Shown piece by piece: positions 58,947 through 64,000 of a stretch of DNA of 64,000 nucleotides. The notes under the pieces were generated by a model, which saw nothing but the letters and a program-made list of their open reading frames with translations, was not told the DNA's origin and did not search any database. The translations under genes were made by a program, and so were the position numbers. Every line of letters starts with the position of its first letter. Position 1 is the first letter of the stretch. The stretch comes from Micavibrio sp. (GTDB lineage Bacteria > Patescibacteriota > Minisyncoccia > Moranbacterales > GCA-2747515), in assembly GCA_020718085.1 (NCBI GenBank), contig DYDB01000001.1:218891-282890 (forward strand), written 5' to 3'.

Positions 58947-59654
58947 ATGCCAACAAAAAAATGTCCGCATTGCAAAAAAGATATGCATGGTATCGACATG
59001 CTTTCACATTATGGTATCAATATCAGCATTGATCAATGTACGATCTGCGGTGGTATGTGGTTTGATAATGCGGAATTGTATCAAATTGATCCGGCGGAAT
59101 CTGCAAGAGCTGATCTGGCGCAACTAACATACAACACGACTTTGACACAAAAAATTACCTGCCCGAATGATGGCACGCCGCTTGAATCCTTTCATGACCC
59201 ACAATATCCAAAAACACTTACAATCAAGCAATGCTCCGTATGCTTTGGCACATGGCTCAATAGGGGGGAGTTTCATACATTTAGCTCTGAGCGACAAAAG
59301 ATCGTTGCACAACATACGCCGGAAATAAGCCCTGAGGACAAAGAATATCAAGAAACTCTACGACAGATCATGCATGACAGTGTTGATAAAAAAGATATGA
59401 AACGCGTACAGCACCTTGTAGATTTCTTAGCAGGACCAAAACCGAATGTTTTGCAAAAAGAAGAATATACAGATGAAATGTCCCATGCAATGAATCTCTT
59501 TTCCTCTCGTGGCAAAACATTTATTCATGGCATGAGCATGATCGCAAAAACCGTGCCATTACCATATCAACCGATTGCCGGTCTCATCCTTTTAGTTGCT
59601 CTGATCCTGGACATGACATTTAAAACAATAATTGAAAAAGAAAAACAAATTTGA
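58947..59654 (+). CDS. Zinc-ribbon-containing hypothetical protein
   Basis: CPHC..CTIC and CPNDG..CSVC pairs; C-terminal TM. Confidence 0.5.
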   Translation: MPTKKCPHCKKDMHGIDMLSHYGINISIDQCTICGGMWFDNAELYQIDPAESARADLAQLTYNTTLTQKITCPNDGTPLESFHDPQYPKTLTIKQCSVCFGTWLNRGEFHTFSSERQKIVAQHTPEISPEDKEYQETLRQIMHDSVDKKDMKRVQHLVDFLAGPKPNVLQKEEYTDEMSHAMNLFSSRGKTFIHGMSMIAKTVPLPYQPIAGLILLVALILDMTFKTIIEKEKQI

Positions 59655-59869
59655 CAAAGATCTCTATTTTATGTTAAAAGAGAATCACAAATAGTAATTA
59701 AGATTTATGAGCCATCATAGATACACATACATGACAAAGCCATGTAGCGATCAAATCGTAGCGGATCGCGGGCTTTTTAGTGTGTGTGACCAAGCTTGTT
59801 TTTACAAGGATATCTATGTGCGTATAATTACATAAAAAATACTTTATTATCCTTCATTTTTGAATCAAA

Positions 59870-59902
59870 AACAATCTCGGTCAGACACTGACCGAGTTTT
59901 TG
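59870..59902 (+). terminator. Intrinsic terminator
   Basis: CTCGGTCAGACACTGACCGAG followed by TTTTTG. Confidence 0.5.
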
Positions 59903-60056
59903 TTTGTTGTCTGTTAATTAATCACTTCACATTTCAGTTCTTTCACAATTCCATACAAAGGAGGTATTTAGTCATGAAAACGTAAATGCGCACTATTTAA
60001 CTGACAACTGTTTTTTTCATCTGTCAAAATTACTGACCTTAAAAAGGAGAATCATC

Positions 60057-60593
60057 ATGTTACAAGATAATAACATCGTTTTACGGCCGTTATCTCTCAC
60101 TGATCTCGACGAGATCATGACATGGATCAACGATCTGGAAGTAAATCAATACATTCTTCGCGTTTTGCCAATTACCAAAGAGAGTGAATCCGCATGGATC
60201 ACATCTTTGTCGGACAGTAAGACTGATATTGTCTTTGGCATTTGCTATCAGGACAATGCCCAGGAAAAATTAGTTGGCACGTGCGGTCTGCACAAGGTCA
60301 ATTGGATCGATCGTTCAGCAATCACGGGCATTGCAATCGGAAATAAAGACTACTGGCAGAAAAAGATCGGATCGATCACCTTTCACCTGCTGATCACCTA
60401 CGCATTCGTGAATCTCAATCTTCATAGAATTTCTTCTAGTGCGTTATCATTCAATGTGCGAAGCATTGCAATGCATAAACGTCTTGGCTTCACAGAGGAG
60501 GGCAGGGAACGAGAAGGGGTATATCGTCATGGTGTCTATCATGACATAATCAACTTCGGACTTCTGCAAAAAGAATATATGGATAAGAAATAA
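60057..60593 (+). CDS. GNAT-family N-acetyltransferase (RimJ/RimL-like)
   Basis: GNAT fold motifs (..GTCGLHKV.. and HRLGFTEEG). AAAAGGAG RBS. Confidence 0.8.
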   Translation: MLQDNNIVLRPLSLTDLDEIMTWINDLEVNQYILRVLPITKESESAWITSLSDSKTDIVFGICYQDNAQEKLVGTCGLHKVNWIDRSAITGIAIGNKDYWQKKIGSITFHLLITYAFVNLNLHRISSSALSFNVRSIAMHKRLGFTEEGREREGVYRHGVYHDIINFGLLQKEYMDKK

Positions 60594-60596
60594 TAT

Positions 60597-60630
60597 TAAA
60601 AGACCTGTGTAAATAATTACGCAGGTCTTT
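60597..60630. terminator. Bidirectional terminator between convergent genes
   Basis: AAAAGACCTGTGTAAATAATTACGCAGGTCTTTT. Confidence 0.6.
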
Positions 60631-60674
60631 TCCTTTTATTCAAAATAATAGGGAAGAATGGAGCTGTTAATTCC

Positions 60675-61028
60675 CTAGTTCACTTTACGAAAACTCACTG
60701 TGTATACCGGTTCATATAATGCATCATATTCATCACGCACTTCTACTGTTTCCCCATCCATCATCGTTGAAAGGGAGATGTCAGAGATCATTTCCTGCAA
60801 TGCTTTTATTTCACCTTTCAATTCCTCCATGCGCTCCCATCGAGAACCCATGTCGCGTTGTGCACCAAGTTCATGTTGTCTTTTCATTTCTCTCACCTCA
60901 TTGGATTTTTCTACAATCTTTTGATATTCAGCATCTTGTGCGAGGATATCTTTGAATTCCTTACGAATTTCTTTCATTTCCTTTTTGATGTTCTGAAATT
61001 CACTGAATACTTCTTGAACGTCTTTCAT
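60675..61028 (-). CDS. Coiled-coil hypothetical protein
   Basis: 117-aa Glu/Lys-rich ORF. Confidence 0.5.
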   Translation of the reverse strand: MKDVQEVFSEFQNIKKEMKEIRKEFKDILAQDAEYQKIVEKSNEVREMKRQHELGAQRDMGSRWERMEELKGEIKALQEMISDISLSTMMDGETVEVRDEYDALYEPVYTVSFRKVN

Positions 61029-61182
61029 TGTGTTTTTTTTAATTTATTACGTATAAAACAGAAATAATTCTACCATATTTATTGTAAATTGACAAACAAC
61101 TATTTTTATGCTAAAATTTTGTTCAGTTGATACATTTATGTTCTTTTGTCATCATTTTTTCTAGCAAAGGAGAGCAGGAATT

Positions 61183-61638
61183 ATGAAAAAAATTCATTTT
61201 TTTGTGGGCATCTGTATGGTATGTTCTTTTTTAATGGTAGGATCATCATCGGCATTTGCAGAGGATCTATCACAAAAGATCGTTACTGTCTGCACGAACG
61301 ACACTACCGAAGTTTTTGTGACTTATCCTGTCATCGATACAATTGGTCCAGGATTTGGTTCAACTGCCGTTGATCTACCACGACAGATCGGTACAGTAAT
61401 TCGTCGCGCATGTTTCAATGAACAAGATCACGTGATCACTGGATGGTTCAATCAATATCCGCAAGGACTTCATGAACATTATGGTGGGGATGAGGAGGAA
61501 TTACCAGAAACTCTTTCATTGTTCAACATCGATCCTAAGCGTGATCACATCACAGATTTGAAAGTGAACGCACCAAAAGGGGGAAGGGATGTAGTGCCCT
61601 TCATCATAAGCATTTATCATCGCTTTATTCCTTCATGA
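61183..61638 (+). CDS. Secreted hypothetical protein
   Basis: Signal peptide MKKIHFFVGICMVCSFLMVGSSSAFA; AAAGGAGAG RBS. Confidence 0.6.
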   Translation: MKKIHFFVGICMVCSFLMVGSSSAFAEDLSQKIVTVCTNDTTEVFVTYPVIDTIGPGFGSTAVDLPRQIGTVIRRACFNEQDHVITGWFNQYPQGLHEHYGGDEEELPETLSLFNIDPKRDHITDLKVNAPKGGRDVVPFIISIYHRFIPS

Positions 61639-61684
61639 GAGCATAAGAAAGTAAATAACTTTTTGTCACTAAAAGAATTACAAC

Positions 61685-61736
61685 AAACGCCACCTGAACT
61701 TCATAAAGAAGTATTCCATGTGGCGTTTTTATTTTT
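61685..61736 (+). terminator. Intrinsic terminator
   Basis: AACGCCAC..GTGGCGTT followed by TTTATTTTTG. Confidence 0.5.
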
Positions 61737-62066
61737 GTTAAATATTATAAAGATACACGCTATCAACCAACTTTATGTCGCACAATGTAGAGTATACATT
61801 TTACATAAAAACAGGGGACTTTAATAATTTTTTATAATACATTCAGACTCTCCCCAAGAAATCTTATAATTATTTAAATCCAAACGACGTATCGACGATG
61901 TTACTAAATTTTTTTTATACTATTCTTTAATCATATAAATAAATTTTTTTGCAATCATAAACTATAAAATCCAAATTTAAATTCTTATAGATTTTGTTAA
62001 GCGCACATTGATATATGATTCATATCGAACTCAATTTAATATGTAAATTTTTGTCCATACAACGCG

Positions 62067-62099
62067 TAACATAATTCTACGGCCGTCAGATTATGTTAC
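62067..62099. repeat. Palindromic repeat copy F (GTAACATAATTCTACGGCCGTCAGATTATGTTAC)
   Basis: Same family as the cassette-boundary repeats A-E, located 9.3 kb away in a non-coding region. Confidence 0.9.
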
Positions 62100-63039
62100 T
62101 GCTTTTAGATTGTTTCAGTATAGGTGAGCACAAAATAATATACTTATGCAATATCACGCAGTTTAGTACCACATATAGTTTTTATCATAATACTTTATGT
62201 ACATACCATACTGCATATAGTGCTTTTGCGTTGTTTCCAGTGGTACATGTATACCACTTAGTTCATGTCGCACAATGTAGACTCTATTTTTCACAAAAAG
62301 GTGAGAGGGTTATTGCTGCAACTTATATATGTATCGTGTGCGCCCTTACACATAAATTACAAATCACATTACCATGCTATGCAATACATATGATCCACAG
62401 ATATACGTATTGAATTAATAAGTTATAGATCAATATATTTTGATCAATGAAAGTTCATTCTAATCTAATATAATATTAATAAAGATTGGACACGGATAAA
62501 TATTCATATAAGCAGTGAAGGGTGTATAAGAGAAACATCTGTGTGATGTATATAATCAAAAGATATGCGAAAAGTAAAGAAATGAGAGATGAGATCTTAT
62601 GTATATGATCAGACGCTTTTTACTGCCTATGTCGCATAATATACATTGTGCGACGTATTATCACATAAACCTTATTGTCACCTTTTTGTACAACAAATGC
62701 AATATTTACAGCATTTATCGTATCTTATGATACATTATTTACATGATTCACTCTTCTACTGCTCTGCAACTATAAAGTGAATACAGTGTAACATTTTGAA
62801 AATGGTTTTCATGAACTTTTTCTAATAGGGGTTTTGTATGCTAGTAGTGTATCAATAAATTTTAAATGAAAATCTGCAGATACATATAAAAGGATCTTAT
62901 AAACACAATTGAAAAGAACAAGTATTTAATTTTTTAATCAACGACCACAACTATATATATGGGAATTGATTCTATACCCCCTACCCCTTTAAAAGTTATC
63001 CACAGTTGCCTTTTTACACTTAAAACAAATAACCACTCA

Positions 63040-63068
63040 AAAGAACATTTGAGTGGTTATAAATATAT
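63040..63068 (-). terminator. Terminator for the minus-strand gene 63086..63793
   Basis: AACCACTCAAA..TTTGAGTGGTT with a T-run on the minus strand. Confidence 0.5.
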
Positions 63069-63085
63069 AAGATGTAACTATATTT

Positions 63086-63793
63086 CTAATTATTTTTGAT
63101 CAATGTGCCTTCAAATTTTTCTCCGTTAAGATACGCGCGTAAATTATCAAGGTTTGTTCCCTTCAATGTTACTGCTTCCAGATCTTCTTTTTCCGCAAAT
63201 TGTGCAGCTACTGGATCAAATGGCGCATTCATACCTGGTGTCCATTCGTCAGTTGTCATTTCACGATATTGTGCCCACGACATTTCCTCGATCTTCTGTG
63301 CATCTGGAAATTGACTTGGGTCCTTATCATACACATATGCGATGTTGGATAGATTCACAACTTTTTTAATGCCCAAATAACGTGCCAATAATGCGGAATC
63401 ATAATCTGTAGAAAATCCAGGTTTCCATCCTGCAGCGATCATGATTGGTTGTGTACACTGATGAAAATCTTCCAGATCATGAGGGTTTGTATTGATACGC
63501 GGATGTGCCACATCGCGAAATATTGTGCGAATCAAGTGTGCATTTAATCGTGTAGAGTGAATGCCGAGCCAATCTTTATCTTCATTATTAACATCTTCCA
63601 GGATCTCTTGCGCAGCTTGTGCATAGCGACGCGCCGTTCTTCCGCCTCCTGTAATAAAAACAAATCGCTGCTCTTGTTCTGTGATCTGTTGAATGATCAA
63701 TGCGCGAAAATCTCTCAAAAATTCAATGTTTATTTCATCTGGCACGATAAGTGATCCACCCAAGTTCACGATAAATGTTTTTTTTGCATCCAT
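63086..63793 (-). CDS. pyrH: Amino-acid-kinase-family protein, UMP-kinase-like (archaeal/short type)
   Basis: FVFITGGGRTARRY and GFSTDYDSALLA..VYDKDP resemble PyrH motifs. Confidence 0.65.
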   Translation of the reverse strand: MDAKKTFIVNLGGSLIVPDEINIEFLRDFRALIIQQITEQEQRFVFITGGGRTARRYAQAAQEILEDVNNEDKDWLGIHSTRLNAHLIRTIFRDVAHPRINTNPHDLEDFHQCTQPIMIAAGWKPGFSTDYDSALLARYLGIKKVVNLSNIAYVYDKDPSQFPDAQKIEEMSWAQYREMTTDEWTPGMNAPFDPVAAQFAEKEDLEAVTLKGTNLDNLRAYLNGEKFEGTLIKNN

Positions 63794-63834
63794 ATTTTAT
63801 TAAATTAATTTATATTAATTGATTTTATTATACA

Positions 63835-64000
63835 CTAAGTTCCGCAAGAAGTGGATTTTGTATAACCCTTATCGATCGCATCTTGATCTGAGCGAAAGCA
63901 TCGCAGATTCTCAGGATCAATTTTAGTTGCATATGAACAGTCCGGTGTATAATATTTTGTGCCTTTTGTACTACCAACATAGACACAATCCTCTGGGCGT
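63835..64000 (-). CDS. Partial CDS (C-terminal end only) with an Ada-like Cys-rich metal-binding tail
   Basis: Minus-strand translation ..PEDCVYVGSTKGTKYYTPDCSYATKIDPENLRCFRSDQDAIDKGYTKSTSCGT*. Runs off the window edge. Confidence 0.4.
   Translation of the reverse strand, partial: RPEDCVYVGSTKGTKYYTPDCSYATKIDPENLRCFRSDQDAIDKGYTKSTSCGT

Larger units (their letters stand above)
61740..63085. other. 1.35-kb AT-rich gene-free region with direct and inverted repeats, one copy of the 34-bp palindrome and a DnaA-box 9-mer
   Basis: Direct repeat ATGTCGCACAATGTAGA..CA(C/T)AAAAA(C/G)AGG at 61775-61816 and 62265-62303. Inverted copy TGTCGCATAATATACATTGTGCGACG at 62629-62656. TTATCCACA at 62996-63004. 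No credible ORF. Confidence 0.5.

Noticed and set aside
62093-62413. 106-aa ORF in the AT-rich desert
   Set aside because: Low-complexity, with no RBS. It lies within a repeat-containing non-coding region and its composition is AT-driven.
62996-63004. Chromosomal oriC call from the TTATCCACA boxes at 62996 and 19028
   Set aside because: Only two isolated 9-mers in 64 kb (about 0.5 expected by chance). There is no dnaA/dnaN nearby and no cluster of boxes. The region is kept only as an unusual non-coding region.
1-64000. tRNA/rRNA genes
   Set aside because: No cloverleaf-like GTTCGAATC/TGGTAGAGC signatures were found by eye. The 23S-like 17-mer at 26110 is an isolated fragment, not an rRNA gene.

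Overview
This is a low-GC bacterial chromosomal segment, AT-rich with compact same-strand operons. It contains recognisable housekeeping genes (rlmN, priA, gltX, pcm, recQ, purB, thrC, dapB-like, radC, lexA, mltG, pyrH-like, dnaJ-domain) and many hypothetical or membrane proteins. Three things stand out. (1) A defense-type island at about 40.4-52.8 kb. It holds a translationally coupled PLD-nuclease/SNF2-helicase gene plus a large gamma-class N6-adenine methyltransferase (a split Type ISP / DISARM-like arrangement). It also holds a short ThsB-like TIR protein immediately followed by a 160-aa 2-TM (SLATT-like) protein, a 474-aa unknown protein with an Rx6H (HEPN-like) motif, and a membrane-anchored Mrr-type nuclease with a C-terminal C4 zinc ribbon. 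These are followed by a run of single-gene cassettes, each delimited by a conserved 34-bp palindromic repeat (GTAACATAAT-N3/4-ACGGCCGT-N3-ATTATGTTAC; 5 copies here plus a 6th at 62.07 kb). This is integron-like organisation, but no integrase is present in the window. (2) Dispersed nested-hairpin miniature repeats occur in several intergenic regions, built from modules CCCCCTCTCCC..GGGAGAGGGTTGGGGTGAGGG, GTCATTGCGA..GAAGCAATCC, CCTGTCCGCCTCTGGTGGAA and CCGGAATCTAG. (3) Candidate non-coding elements: a ~330-nt ORF-free GC-richer segment with its own terminator (25.86-26.2 kb), a consensus sigma70 promoter driving an ORF-free ~170-nt transcript upstream of an HD-domain gene, and a 1.4-kb AT-rich gene-free region with direct and inverted repeats and a DnaA-box 9-mer. 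Start coordinates were refined from the ORF track using RBS positions where that was clear. No tRNA, rRNA or CRISPR array was found.
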